This document shows positions 49,115 through 63,271 of a stretch of 64,000 bases of DNA, one piece after another. Made by a program: the position numbers and the translations under genes. How positions within the stretch are numbered: the first letter of the stretch is position 1; every line of letters begins with the position of its first letter. The notes below the pieces were generated by a model that did not search any database, was not told the origin of the DNA, and worked only from the letters and a program-made list of their open reading frames with translations. The stretch is from the human T2T-CHM13v2.0 reference genome, Homo sapiens, in assembly GCF_009914755.1 (NCBI RefSeq), contig NC_060935.1. One strand, written 5' to 3'.

Positions 49115-50964
49115 AGGGTATTTTTAATATAAACTACAAACAAAACTAGCCTACCCTGACTGACACAGAACCAGACCCAAAGGAGTTTTGTAAACCTCCC
49201 AAGAGACCCAGCAGGTGTTAGAACTCTCTACACTCAGAATCATAAACTCAAGTGTTACAGGGATCAGGCGAGGCAGGTAACTAAGGAAAGCAGCTGAGCA
49301 CATGATAGCAGAAAGTGGGAGGGACTAGGTCAAACTGGTGAGCACATGCCAAGGAAATGTGGGATCCGTGTTGCTAAATCTTGCAATTTTTCAGAAGAAT
49401 GTGGATATTTGTGTGACTTTTCCTAATGGATAAAAAACTATGCAGATCAAACAAAACTGAACTGCAGGTTAATTTCATGCTAGGGTTTTCAATTTATAGC
49501 CCCTGACCCTGTGCCTCAAGCAGGCTCCCATCTATTAGCCATAATTCAAAGATTTAGAGCCAGTCCTGTCAGTTACTTGCTGTGGGACACTGTGGAAGTC
49601 AGCCTGGTCCTTAGTACTCCCATCTGTAAAATGAGTCCGTGGGAGAAAACAGATGGTTCTTTATCTTTCTCGGATACTTCTGCACAATAAAATCTCATAT
49701 ACACACAAACATGCCATCTTATTTACATATTTCATGATGTCCAATGATGCCAAAAACCTCAACCCCTGACTACCCCTCTCCACAAGAGATCCATGAAATC
49801 AAGTCTAAGAAATATGGGCTATATAATGCCAAAGTTTTCATCCATCTGAAAATATCATTTTACCAATGTCAGTTTATCAAGAGGAATGGGATATTTTTCT
49901 CCCTGCTGGAGATTCTTAGCATGTGTTATACTAGAAGAACCCACGGCTCTGATGTTATAGTTGCTTGTGTTCCACATAAAAAGGTGGGGCTGCAGGTTTT
50001 GTCATGATGTTTAAATGGGATGGCACCTCCCACCCTTGTACACTATTGTGCATCTAATCAGAGGGAGACCTAATATGTGAGTAGATATGTTGGTTATATT
50101 CCTCTGGCTTATGAATTTCTAGGTTCCAATTTAATTCCAATGTTTCTAATTTAGTTATATTTGGCCTCCTTCAGCTCTGTAATTCAAACCAAATGTATTG
50201 CTACTTTTAAAAATAATCTTTCTAAACTCACATCCAAACTGCCTCCCTTTTAGTGAAGATGATGAGTGGTTTTCATAGAAAGTCTTTAGAATAAATCTTC
50301 TGTGGTCACGTTCTCAGCTTCAGTCTATAACCCTTAAAAATACATCCAGATAGGCCTCCAGAGGAAGCAATTGTAATATTTGTGGGGCCAAGATCATGAA
50401 ATCACCCAAGTGAGCATCAAATAAATGAAGCAAAGTTCTATTCCAGCTGGACTCTGATTTTTCTCCCACTTTGATACCATATGCTGTTAATACTTTCATC
50501 AATAGCATGTTTTACAGCCTGTCTTTAATAAAGAGGGTTCCCACTGCATTTATCAGGATCCTGAGTATATGAAACTGGTCCCTGGGAACTCCTTGATGTG
50601 TTTGGAATGAGATTGAAATTTTTATTAAACAATCACTCAGTGGTAATATAATTTATCATAAAGGGCAACCCTAACAGGAAATCTTTATATGTAGCAAAGA
50701 GGTCTTAATTTGAAACAAACAATAAAGCGCAGAATTCAATTATGTCAGGAAACAGGTCCAAGGTCATAGGATGAATGAGTCATAACCAAAACTTTAAAAC
50801 TAGAAAGGTAAAACTAAATGGCATTTAAAACCTGTGCTACATTAATTTAAGGTAGCTACCACAAGATGCAGTCATACCCAAAGGTACATAGAAATTTCTG
50901 GAGATAATCTGATTCTTTTTGGCTGTCTGGCCAACTTCATGCAATCCTCCTGTCAAGAATAATT

Positions 50965-51150
50965 ACTGTATAGTTCCAAATAGCTAAGAAAAAAATAATT
51001 TTGAATGTTCTCGACAAACAAAAAATAAATATTTGAGCTGAAGAATATGCTAATTAGGATACTTTCTTCATTCCACAACATACACATGTATCGAAACATC
51101 ACATTGTGACCCATAAACGTATATAACTGTTATTTTTCTATTAAAAATAA
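50965..51150 (+). mobile_element. L1MA 3' end
   Basis: tttgaatgttctc...catacacatgtatcgaaacatcacattg...attaaaaata. Confidence 0.7.
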
Positions 51151-51309
51151 TACTTTCAAAGGAAAACTAATCTGGGCTGTCTCTTTGCCCATATTCTTGA
51201 AATGTGTGTTCAAGTCAACAAATATGTAATGGGCTAATCATCCTTTTTTTTTGCAAGGTACCTTACAAAGCCCTGAAGGGACCACCAAATAAAAAGACTC
51301 CTAATTCAA

Positions 51310-51490
51310 GGCAATAGTTTCCTAAAGTGGATGTGTAGGCTAGTGACATCTGAGTCATCTTGAGTACCCTAAAAATACATATTCCTGGGCCCGATTCCAA
51401 GCCAACAAAATAAGAATCAGTAATGGTAGGATCAAGAACCTGCATTTAAAACATATTCATCAGATGAAACTAACACAGTATAGGTTTGGT
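51310..51490. mobile_element. MER5A-like hAT-Charlie MITE
   Basis: attcctgggccc...aatcag...aagaacctgcattt motifs. Confidence 0.6.
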
Positions 51491-52512
51491 CCTACATATG
51501 CAAGAACTTCTCCATTATAGGTGACAGATATCTAATCCCAGCTGGCTTAAACCAAAAAAGGAATCCATCAACCTTAGTAACTGAGAAGCTCAACGAGGAG
51601 AATAGGCTTCAGGCACAGCTGGATCCAAAGGCTCAAACAATGACTTCAGAGATTGATTAGCTTCCTTACCTGTCAACTCTGCTTTCTTCTGCATTGGCTT
51701 TATTCTTATGCACCACAGAAAGTACAATCATATCAATAATAGAATTCTTACTATGTTTGAGGCACCACACTTTACCTGTATTGTCACATTTAGTTTTTAT
51801 GAAGATAATATGAGGTAGGAAGTATTATTTCCACTTCAGAAATAATGAAGCAAGCTTAGAGGGGCAACATGATTTATCCAAAGTCACACCATGACCAAAA
51901 GAGATGGAAAGAATTGTATCCAAGGCCGATTGGTTGTAGCTCCCACTCTCTTGCCCGTACTTATGTACTCAGAGGTAAAGTAGGCCAAGGATACATAAAA
52001 TGCTAAAAGAAAAATGAATGTTAGAAGGCAAAAGAAGGGCAAGAGAGTATAATTCAGAGGGAAATCCTTATTTGTGCTTATAGAATGTCCCATATGATCT
52101 TTCTGTAAGGCTATAATAGGCCCAGGAATCTGTACTTTGAATGTTTCTTCAGTTGGTCTAACTCACACAAGAACGGTGATTCATCATAGCTCAAGGAGAT
52201 GTGCTGAAGTGTTTGCATCCATATACAGCGTGCACAGGACTATTGCTGAATTTCATTTTGGTAAAGAAGGTGTGAGGGTATCATCAGCAAAGGGGCAGAG
52301 AAAATTGTTCCAGGGCTGCTGGAGGCAGAAGGCTAACAAAATCTTTGTAGTTTCTGGCTGATAGGGGCTGATAAGACAGACTGGTGTTATCACTATAGAG
52401 GGGGTAAAGGGAAGACGAATGTAACACACAGAAGCAAGATTTAATAATTAAAAGCATATAAAGCATGAAGACAGCTGTTTATACAAAGCAAATATTAAAA
52501 ATGGTTATAGGG

Positions 52513-52807
52513 GGTTGGATGTGGTGGTTTACACCGTTAATCTCAGCACTTTGGGAGGCTGAGGTGGGCAGATCACCTGAGGTCAGGAGTTCGAGACCAG
52601 CCTGGCCAACGTGGTGAAACCCCATCTCTACTAAAAATACAAAAAGTAGCTGGGCGTGGTGGCACATGCTTGTAATCCTAGCTACTCAAGAGGCTGAGGC
52701 AGGAGAATTGCTTGAACCTGGGAGGCAGAGGTTGCAGTAAACCAAGATCACACCACTGTACTCCAGCTTGGGCAACAGAGTGAGACTCCAGCTCAAAAAG
52801 AAAAAAA
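52513..52807 (+). mobile_element. AluS
   Basis: Full dimer; TSD gttatagggg. Confidence 0.92.
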
Positions 52808-52854
52808 GTAGTTATAGGGGCCAATGAGTTCCAGATTATTTCTAACTCGGCCTG

Positions 52855-53300
52855 TCATAAGAAACTGTGGTGGACTATGGACCCCATAACCCATGACATC
52901 TGGCGTTCCAACTTTGGATTACTCTGAAATTGGACATATGATTTGATTTCATCATGAGACACATCAAATGAGCAGAGACTTGATAAGCACTTGTATATTA
53001 AGGAATGTCCTTTTGGAACTCTCCCTCTTGCAGTGCTAACTTGAGACTGCCATGCTGTTAGGAAGTTCAAGTTCACCACATGGAGATGAAATAAGATATC
53101 GTGATAAACATCCCCAGCTGATCCCAGCCTCCAGTGATCCGTCAACTACATATATGATCCTAAGTCACATGTGTGACCCCGAGCAAGATCAGCAGAACAA
53201 TCACTCAGCCAACCCACAGAACCCTGAAAAAATATAAATCATTATAGTTTAAACCATAAGTTTTGGGTAGCTTGTTATGCTGCTATTGATAATTAAAACA
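52855..53300 (+). mobile_element. Old MLT1 LTR
   Basis: ctgccatgctgttaggaag...cagaacaatcactcagccaaccc...ttgttatgctgc motifs. Confidence 0.6.
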
Positions 53301-53925
53301 AACTGGAATATTTTCATCTAGATGGCAATCTACTCAATTGTTGAATCCTTTGTGTTTCCCTCTTTGCCCTGGTTGGTAAGAATCTCAGAGCTAAGTTGCG
53401 TGTTCATTGCTGTGTCTTTCTTCAACCAGGAATTCTCATCACAGTTGTTCCATTTCTCTTTCAGATTTTTGTCTTTTATATTAATTGGTTTGGGTCTTAC
53501 TATACCTCTGGTTTTCTTTTAAACTGACTAAAATTATTTGGAAAGTAGCCAGGTTACCTGTAAAATAATAAATGAAGGTTTGCAGTGGATGAGTAAAAGA
53601 ATAATGACTGCTAAAAGGAAAATAATAGTAATTATTAATATGTGACTACAACAAAATATTAATATATTTTTAAGCCAGGCTCTATTGTAAAATATTTTCA
53701 TGCATCCTATTATTTAATTCATGCAGCAATTATGAACAAGTACTGCTATCCCCCATTTTACAGGTAAAGAAACTGAGGTACAAAGTTGTTGTGGCTTGCC
53801 CCAAAGTCTCATAGCTAGTCGGTGGCAGTGCCAGGGTACAATTCAGGTCTGCCCAATGTCAGAGCCCACATTCATGACCATTATGGAACATTTCTTCACA
53901 AGGCTTTTCTGTTGTGTTTAGCCTA

Positions 53926-54270
<345 letters not shown>

Positions 54271-55820
54271 TTAACTTTTAAGTATAAAACTTGTCATCGG
54301 GTTATTTAGTCTTGTAAAGAAAAGATTCAAAAGTCGGAAATGGAGCAGCTGTTCCTGAATCAGGCAAACATAGCATTCAAAGAAAATTAATTTTCTCCAC
54401 TTTCATAAAAGAAATGCAAGCCCTAGTTTCTGATGCCACAATCATTGCAGTTAAGAAAGCCATTTTAATAACCTCATTTTGTCCTTTGATAGATGGATAT
54501 TCTTTCAAATGTGTATTCTCAGAGAAACTAGTCCTTTTGCAAGACTGTCTAAATGCTCTGAAAAAAGTAAACTACTCTCTAAATAAAGGGCGTTATTGTT
54601 TGCATGTGATCCTCAAACTGTACAACCAACATATTGAATTTAGCTTTTATGCTTTTATTATTAAATGAGTACAAATTGGAAAGCAAGAGTACTGATTCTA
54701 ATGATCAAGTGTGTTGAAAATTAATGAAAACCGTAAGTTTGAAAGAAGTTATTAGGCATGCCTAATGCGAACTACTTTTAACCCCAGAAGGATTAATTTT
54801 ACTCTTAGGTGGTCAATTAAGAAGGAAAGGAACAAAATTTTAAAATGTGTGTTATGGAGCTAGGTCGTTGAATTTTGTATCAAAAAGGTAAAATATAAAT
54901 CAGAAATTTACAATTTTTAGTTTTTACTTTATGAACAGGAAGTTGGGAATTGCAGCATTCTTTTACTTTATGTCTAACACAAAAATTTGACAGCCTTAAT
55001 GAGATTCAAAATTACATTTGTCAATTTCAATGTAAGTTCAGCCCTGAACTGTTATTTCATTAAAGTTAAATATGCCTTTTTGAGGGATATCTGCCATAGG
55101 ATGGTCACTTTTCCAGTGTCTTTTATGTATATCCTGCCCAAAAGCAGGATGCTGGCCAGGTTGACCTCATGAGACTCACTCTGCCTGAAAGATTCCACTC
55201 TCCAATCAGTGAGACTGGCTTTCCATTCCCCAAAGTTAATTTGAACTTGAACAGTCCAGAAAAGTGAGGCGTTTCTCTGTCCTGATTTGTTCCTAATAAC
55301 TATGTTCTCACAGGGCTAGGGCCCCTGCCAATCAGCAACCCCCATTCTGCCCCACACAAGTGCAGATACGAATCTGGCCCTACCTCTCTGGCTTTGTGTA
55401 GGCTGCAAGTGAGAGCTTTCACTGCACGAGGACAAAGCTTTCTGTTTCCTTTCAAATTGTCAATGACAAACACGCTGACAAAAATATTTTGGTACAGTTC
55501 TTTTAAATGTTCACTCTTAATGTAGTGTGGTAAGCTAATGTTTGCTAAAATAAACAAAGTGCTAAGAAAATTCTATCACTAGCAAAGCCATCACTCTATA
55601 GTTAATAATTCATGACTTGACCACCTCATAAATAATTGTTAGCCTTCTAATCTGAATGTGTGAATGGTGTGAAACAGGCCTTTCCCAAATCCCCCTTCGA
55701 TATTTTGTCATCCCTGCTTGTGTGTTTTCTCCTCAGTATCATTAAATTTCAATCACCATGGATAGGGGGACAAAGTTCTGTTTACAAATTATTTCTTCTT
55801 CCCAAGGATAAGATAGTTCA

Positions 55821-56846
55821 TGTAGGGAAAAGAAAGAGAAATCAGACTGTTACTGTGTCTATATAGAAAGGAAAGACATAGGAAAATCCATTTGGATAAA
55901 GACCTGTACTTTGAACAATTGCTTTGCTGAGATGTTGTTAATTTGTAGCTTTGCCCCAACCACTTTGCCCCAGCCACTTTGACCCAACCTGGAGCTCACA
56001 AAAACATGTGTTGTATAAAATCAAGGTTTAAGGGATGTAGGGCTGTGCAGGACGTGCCTTGTTAACAAAATATTTACAAGCAGTATACTTGGTAAAAGTC
56101 ATCGCTATTCTCTAGTCTCAATAAACCAAGGGCAAAATGCACTGCGGAAAGCCACAGGGACCCCTGCCCTTGAAAGCGGGGTATTGTCCAAGGTTTCTCC
56201 CCATGTGATAGTCTGAAATATGGCCTTGTGGGATGAGAAAGACCTGACCACCCCCCAGCCCGACACCCATAAATGGTCTGTGCTGAGGTAGTTTAGTAAA
56301 AGAGGAGCCTCTTGCAGTTGAGATAGAGGAAGGCCACTGTCGCCTGCCTGCCCCTGGGAACTGAATATCTCAGCATAAAACCCAATTGTACATTTGTTCA
56401 ATTCTGAGAGGAGAAAAACCACCCTGTGTTGGGAGGTGAGACATGTTTGTGGCAATGCTGCCTTGCTATTCTTTACTCCACTGAGATGTTTGGGTGGAGA
56501 GAAACATAAATCTGGCCTACGTGCACATCCAGGCATAGTACCTTCCCTTGAACTTAATTATGACATAGATTCTTTTGCTCACATGTTTTTTGCTGACCTT
56601 CTCCTTATTATCACCCTGCTCTCCTACTACATTCATTTTTGCTGAAATAATGAAAATAATAATCAATAAAAACTGAGGGAGCTCAGAGGCCAGTGCCAGT
56701 GCAGGTCCTTGGTGTGCTGAGTGCTGGTCCCTTGGGCCCACTGTTCTTTCTATATACTTTGTCTCTGTGTCTTATTTCTTTTCTCAGTCTCTTGTCTCAC
56801 CTGACTAGAAATACCCACAAGTGTGTAGGGGCAGGCCACCCCTTCA
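55821..56846 (+). mobile_element. HERV-K(HML-2) solo LTR, LTR5A-like
   Basis: TGTAGGGAAAAGAAAGAGA...GCAGGCCACCCCTTCA, 1026 bp, TSD gttca. Confidence 0.93.
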
Positions 56847-59199
56847 GTTCAAAGGAAGAGAAATATCACCCTGTCCTTATTTTTTTAAAGTAAGCTCCAC
56901 TAGTCCCCATGCTGAAGAGAGCAATTTCTTATATTGGTGAAGAACAAATGCAGGAAAAGTTCAGTAATTCTCCAAGGTTGTTGACAGCTTTTGCTCCCAT
57001 CCTAGAATTCAAACCACAACAAAGAACCACTCCAAAGTTACCAAACTAAAGAGTTCTCAAATTTTAGTTAATAAGGTTTCTGCCTATCCCAAGTCCACCG
57101 GGTACCAGAAAATGTTTCTGTAAATGAAAAAAATAACATTTTAAATATATATTCTTCTCCATGCCCCCTAAACTATTATTTACTTTCAACTAAGAGAGAA
57201 GAAAAGAGAAAACAAAGATAGACCCCCCCCAGACTTGATCATTTTTCTACATAGATTTGGGAACTGGTAGCTGAATACAGAACAAGATAATTTGTGAAAA
57301 TTTTGCAGTATAAGTAAAGTCATTGACTAGTCAGTATCTTTTTCTTCTAAAATTATAGCTATTGTTTTCAGGGTAAAGGGCTCAGAAGTGGGTAATGAAC
57401 TTCTAAAACTGCTATTTGGTGTGACTTGGCTAAACTGTAAAGCTGAGAAAAAAAAAAAATCCATGCAAGCAGGTGCTACTGAAATGAATGCCATAAATGT
57501 GAGAGCTTTAAATCATAATGGCAAGAGTAATTAAACAGAAAGGTGACCAACAAACTTAGAAAAGGGCCAGGGATACGATATAAATAATTTGTTTCAGCTG
57601 CTAGCTTGCTCTTAGAAGTGATGTGGCATGTGCTATTTTTATCTCCAAAGGGAGAGCTTTTTTTCATCCTGTAATTTTTTTTATCCAAATTGAGTATGAG
57701 AGCTTTGAGGTGAAAGGAAAATAAAAACTTGCCAATGACTCTCACAGCTCGATTTTCCTTGTACAGCCACTTCAAATTGGAGGTGTTTCATCTAACCCAT
57801 CAGGGGCTGCGGGCAAATTTAGAAGTCTAAAATCCAACCATTTTTCTGGAACTAAAAAGCAAAGATACTATTGTTGAGCCACTCTTAGGGGAACAGACAT
57901 TTTGAATTGGTTGGAAATACAACATAGACATACTTATGTTTGTTGAATCCTCTTTCTTCTCCTACCCCAATCCAGAATCCCCCAGAACCCTTCCACACAC
58001 ACCCTCATTTCCACCCCCAAACCCCACCACCCCTGCTGCAGACTCAGAAAATTGCAGCTGCTACAATGGGTCTCTAGTCACATAGAGAAAGCCATGAAGA
58101 AAAATGAAAGGATGTAGCTTTAAATCCCAGTTCTGCCTCCTCTTAGCTCTATAACATTGGAAGAGTCACTTTTTGAGCCTTGGTTTGTTGTTTGGAAAAT
58201 GAGGAAGCCATAATTTCTAACTTTTGGAGGTGTTGTGAGGATTCAGTCACATGATCCACAGAAAGCTCCTGACATGGGCCTATTAGGTATGAGGAATTTC
58301 AGGTTGACTACTGATCCTAGTTCCCATCTCCCCTCATTTCCTAACTCCATTTTTGCCATCCCCAGCAACGCTGAAGTAGAGTTAAGGGAGAGTGTAGAAG
58401 AAAAGAAAAGAGAGGAAACAGGAGGGCAGAGCAAGGACACAGGCCCTGGAGCAGTCACCGTTCTTCTCCCTTCTTTTCACCCTCATGTTAACAATAGCAA
58501 ACAGTAACCACAGCATTAGTGGTAGTTAACACTTTTTGAGCACTTAGTGCATTCCTGACACCACATGCAGTATCTCATTTGATACTCACGAGAAATATTA
58601 TTGTTTGTTCATCACAGATCACATTAGATTTTTTGCAGCCCTGCCTATTAATTATTCACACTGAGTCTCCCCTCAGTCTAAACCTTGAAGTCTCTTCACT
58701 TCTTATACTTGTACAGTTAGTGTTAAGCATGTCTTCTGTATTGTCATTCAAGTCATTCATAAAACAGATCTCTTTCTAAACACTGTCAGCTGGTCTTTGT
58801 CCTTGTAGGTGAGTCCTTTTGGATCGCCAGTGGAGTTTGGGGGACAAATTCTATAATATATTCCCACCATTTGTAGCAATTGTCTGGGAACACCAGCTGG
58901 TCCACCTCAAGGTTCTGGAGACCTTGAGGCCAAATGGGACTTACAGTTACTCCTTGACAGAAGGGATACCCCAACTCCATTAGAAACCATATGCAGGTGC
59001 ATCCCCTCCCAATGAGGGTTGAGAGGTCCTCCTCGGGTCCACCTGGTCCTTGCCTGGTCAGCCCAGACTGAGCTCTCACAGCCACATTTAGACAATTATC
59101 TAATCTTAAATACTTAAACAAGTTGAATTTCTAATGGTTTTCCTTAGCCCCTTAGAAAGAACTTATTTCTGCTTTCTTCCTTTCCTCCTACCATCACCT

Positions 59200-59232
59200 G
59201 CCTCTCTCTGTCTCTCTCTGTCTCCCCACCCC

Positions 59233-59273
<41 letters not shown>

Positions 59274-59290
59274 GTGCGCGTGCACGCGCT
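59200..59290. repeat. Compound (CT)n(CA)n microsatellite with CG/TG alternation
   Basis: Seen directly. Confidence 0.9.
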
Positions 59291-61123
59291 GTCCCTGTGC
59301 CTCTCTCACATCTCCATAATAGAGTCGCCTGCTCTGTGTCTCCCTTGGTTTTCCTTCATAAGGGTCTCTCTCTGCTTCTCAGGGATGACAGTGTAAAACC
59401 TGCCTCAGCTCTCCCTTTTAAGAAGACTCAGCCAGCTTTCCTTCTCCTTGTTTCCCTCTCTTGCTTTTTCTTTGAACACTCTCTCATCCCTGTGGCTGGT
59501 GTAGTTTCCAAACTCCAGACAGACACTAATATTAGGGATTTGGAAATAAGATCAAAATTCTCCAGAATACCCTAAATCATAAATTGTGATTAAAATACTT
59601 CCCATATTCCTCATGTACTAGTTCATTAGGAAGATCAAAAAATTGTTCAATAGGTAAGATACATTGGTTTAGTAAGACTATTTACAAAGAATGTAGTCTA
59701 GATTGAATATATAAGTACTAGAAAAGTTGAATATTATTGAGTGGCTTTTAAATGATGTAACATTCTAATCTTTTAAGATTAACAGCTCTACACAGAACCA
59801 TGTGTAGAGATCAATTGAATAACTTATTTTGTTTTCAAAACTTTTTATTTCTTGGAACACCACCCATAGGTTTAGTAGAGAGGATAAAGGATAACATGTG
59901 AAGAACCTTAACATTCACTTTAATTGTAAAAATTTACCATTAGTGACAGACAGCATCATGAACGTGCATTTATTACATGGCTACAGCTATGAGCAAAAGT
60001 GGTGAGACAGTGATTGTTTCTCCTCTTCTTGCCCCTTTCCCAGTTACTTGAAATGTTGACTTCGACCTTCAACTCTGCATGTCAGCTTTTCCTGCTCTTG
60101 CTTTCTTCTTGACGTTACTGCATTCCTTTCAGAAGTAATGTCTCTAAGTTGAATGTTAATCTTTTATTCTCACAAGAGAATTGCAATACTTCCCCCTCTC
60201 CATTTTTCTGATTTCTAAAACCCATTTTTCTCAGGATATGGGACTCAGAAAAAAATATACAATTTTCCCAAGAAATGCCAGAAGGGAACCCTCCCATGGA
60301 AACTGTTATGATGATGAATATCTATTGTTTTGGCCTAACCAAGAATAATTTCCCCTTCTTTTAGAAGGAGCACTGTGGTTTTTGTTTGTGGAACTTCCCT
60401 TTCCCACTCTGTGTGGCTGATAACCTTGGTGCCCCACTTCCGCAAGTAGCAAACAGATCTACCACATCCTTTCTGATGGTTTCATCCCAGTCCATTGACT
60501 ATGTGTACTATGGCATAGTTACCTGGTCCCTTATTCAGACATGATTCGAGACATTTAGCAGCTATTAGTTGTGGGTATGGAGCTCCAGCTAAGATGTAAA
60601 GACAAGGTCAAAGGTACTAGATGCTGAGTCTTCTCATTGGCAAAAAAAGACAAGAAGACAAGATTCTAAAAGTTTCATTGGTTGCTGCTCTGCCCAAATT
60701 CCCAGATGTTTGTGGCATTCCAATAAATTGTTCACTTTGCTTGTTAGCAAGTTATTTTGTTTGAACCAGGAAAACCTAACTAATTCCAATGGCTAGGAAA
60801 ATAGTCTCCAGAACTACTGGCTTGGCCAAGAAAGGTTTGATCAAATGTCCATACTATATCTGCTCAAGACATTAGGCTAATTTTCTCTCTTTCATTTGGA
60901 CTTGAATCTTTTTGCTCCCTATATACATTTGGCCTAAAACAGATTTATCTTACTAACAGATTAGATATCCAGGATTTTGTTGTGAGACTTCACAGAGTGA
61001 CTCAAAATGTCCGCCAACCACATAGCTTTGGTAATAGATCCTAGATTAATTTTTAGCTCAAGCAACAGGAAATTTCTCTTAGGCCTTAGGGCCTTACCCT
61101 GCAGAAATATTTTTGTTGGTGCA

Positions 61124-63271
61124 TATATTAGTCAGGATTGCCCAGAGAAACAGAATCAATAGGAGATGGATAGATACATGATTGATGGATTGAATGATAG
61201 AAAGGTAGATAAAAGAGATTATTATAAATCATTGGCTCATGCAATTATGGAGGCAGAGAAGCCCCACATTCTGCCACCTGAAAACTGGAGACCCAGGCAA
61301 GCTTTTGATGTACTTCCAAGGCCTGAGAGCAAGAGAGCCAATGGGGAGCCAATCATAATCCCGAAAGGCACAAGCCCCATCACTAGAATCCTGAATGTTG
61401 AAATCCCAAGAGATCAAAATCCCCAAAATGTACTTCTGGAGAAAATTAAAATTATCTAAAATATTTATTTACATTTTTAAAGGAGGATTTATCTAAGAAA
61501 CATAAAAACATGAATGAATACTTCATAGGCCACTTTATGTGATAAAATAAGCAATAATATGCATATGTTTGCAAGTATAAACACTGAGATATGCTAACAA
61601 CAGTCACATGGGTATAACAGTTATGAGCAGATGTACTGTATTCATAAAGAGGTCAAAAAGGGAAATGTATAAACACATATCACTATGGTTGGTAATTGTG
61701 TGCACCTAGCTTTATAACTGAGGTCATCTGAAATACCATGACCAACCACCTAAGTCTTTTGATGGGACCAATCAAAACCATCATTTACACCATACCCCAA
61801 AGAGCTAAGATCTTGAGAAATTCTATCTTTCACAATGTAGATGTACAGAAAAGATATCTCTTTATTTATTGAAGAAGTTTCAGTATTTTTATGTATATGC
61901 ATAATGTTTAAACACAGTCCACATTGTGATAATGTACTTCATGGAATCAAATTTGAAAACGCATAAAAAGTATCAGAACTGTCTAAAAGTTTCTACACCA
62001 TTTACACCTCCAGTATTGAAAATGATACAAAGATGAAATGCATAGTAAGTTGTAAAAATAGTACAATTTAAAATAGTAAAAAATATACTAAGAAAGAAAA
62101 CTAAAACTAAAATTTGACATATGAAAAAGTGTATTATTACAAGGACAGATTGTGGGCAATTGCACAGAGACAATCCCTAAGAACTGGCGGACTTTCATGG
62201 TCATTAACTATATTTTGAAGTCTTTCATCACAATGAATATCTGCTTTTTTCTTTTAGGGCATGGCTCTCTTCAGATAATATGTTTACGTTCATTTCCTAT
62301 GTGGCACTGCTCTTTTCAAAATTCTTCCATGATTCTATGTATACTGATATGAGCATTTCCTATTAAAGCTTTCTACCTTCTGTGCCATGCTTCTACGTTG
62401 TTTAGGGTTCACAGAAATCCATTTCACGTGCCCTCATAGACAGAACACAAGTTTGGCAGAAACAGTGCTGGTGATCGAACAGCAATGCCATTGTGAACAT
62501 TACATCTTCTTATCCTACTGTGCACATAATAATTTTTGAACCAGTCAGTAAGCTTTACTGGCTTCTTCAAGCAAATTCAGCTTTAATTCATTAAAACCTC
62601 CTGAAATGTCATTAGTAGGAAGGTAAATGATGCATTTTTAAACTGAAGTTTTATTTGTTGCTGTATGCTGTGGCTAATCCACTCATTTGACTTTTCCACC
62701 AAATGCAAATAAAGACAATAAGAAGATAATAATTTTGCCTACATGATGTAACTATCCTGCATACAGCTTCCCAGAATTTGGCTTTCAGGATTTCAACATT
62801 TGGGATTTTAATCTTTTGGGATTGTGAATTTCACAATTTTAGACATTGGGAATTTTGATCTTTCAGGATTTAAACTTTTGGAATTTTGATCTTTTGGAAT
62901 TTCACCATTCAGGATTATGGCATTTGGAATTGTGTCTTTCAGGATTATGATCCAAACGCAAGCCACTGATGTAAATTCCAGTCTAGAGCTGAACAGCTGA
63001 GACCTAGGAGTATCGAAGGCAGGAGAAGATAAATGTCACAATTCAGGAAGTTAGGCGGAGTTAATTCAAACTTCTACATTCTTGCTCTATTCAGGCCCTC
63101 AAAGGGTTAGATGATGCACACTCAACATTAGAGATGGCCATCTGCTTTATTAGTCCACCAGTTCAAATGCTATCTCTTCCAGAAACACCATCACAGACAC
63201 TCCCAGATATTTTAACCAGGTATTTGGCCCCCTGGGGGCCAGAGAAGTTGACATATAAAATTAAGTATCAC
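61124..63271 (-). mobile_element. MLT2 (ERVL) solo LTR split by Ricksha
   Basis: tatattagtcagg...ccagagaaacagaa (61124-61343) resumes at 62960 and ends gttgacatataaaattaagtatcaca. Confidence 0.82.
61344..62959. mobile_element. Ricksha-like MULE/MuDR DNA transposon
   Basis: Terminal inverted repeats containing ATCATAATCC.GAAAG.CACAA, subterminal AAATCC arrays, 9-bp degenerate TSD gagccaatg / aagccactg. Confidence 0.85.

Noticed and set aside
58897-58930. Hairpin cctcaaggt-N7-accttgagg and the overlapping 111-aa ORF
   Set aside because: A 9-bp stem is expected by chance in 64 kb; the ORF resembles nothing I recognise.
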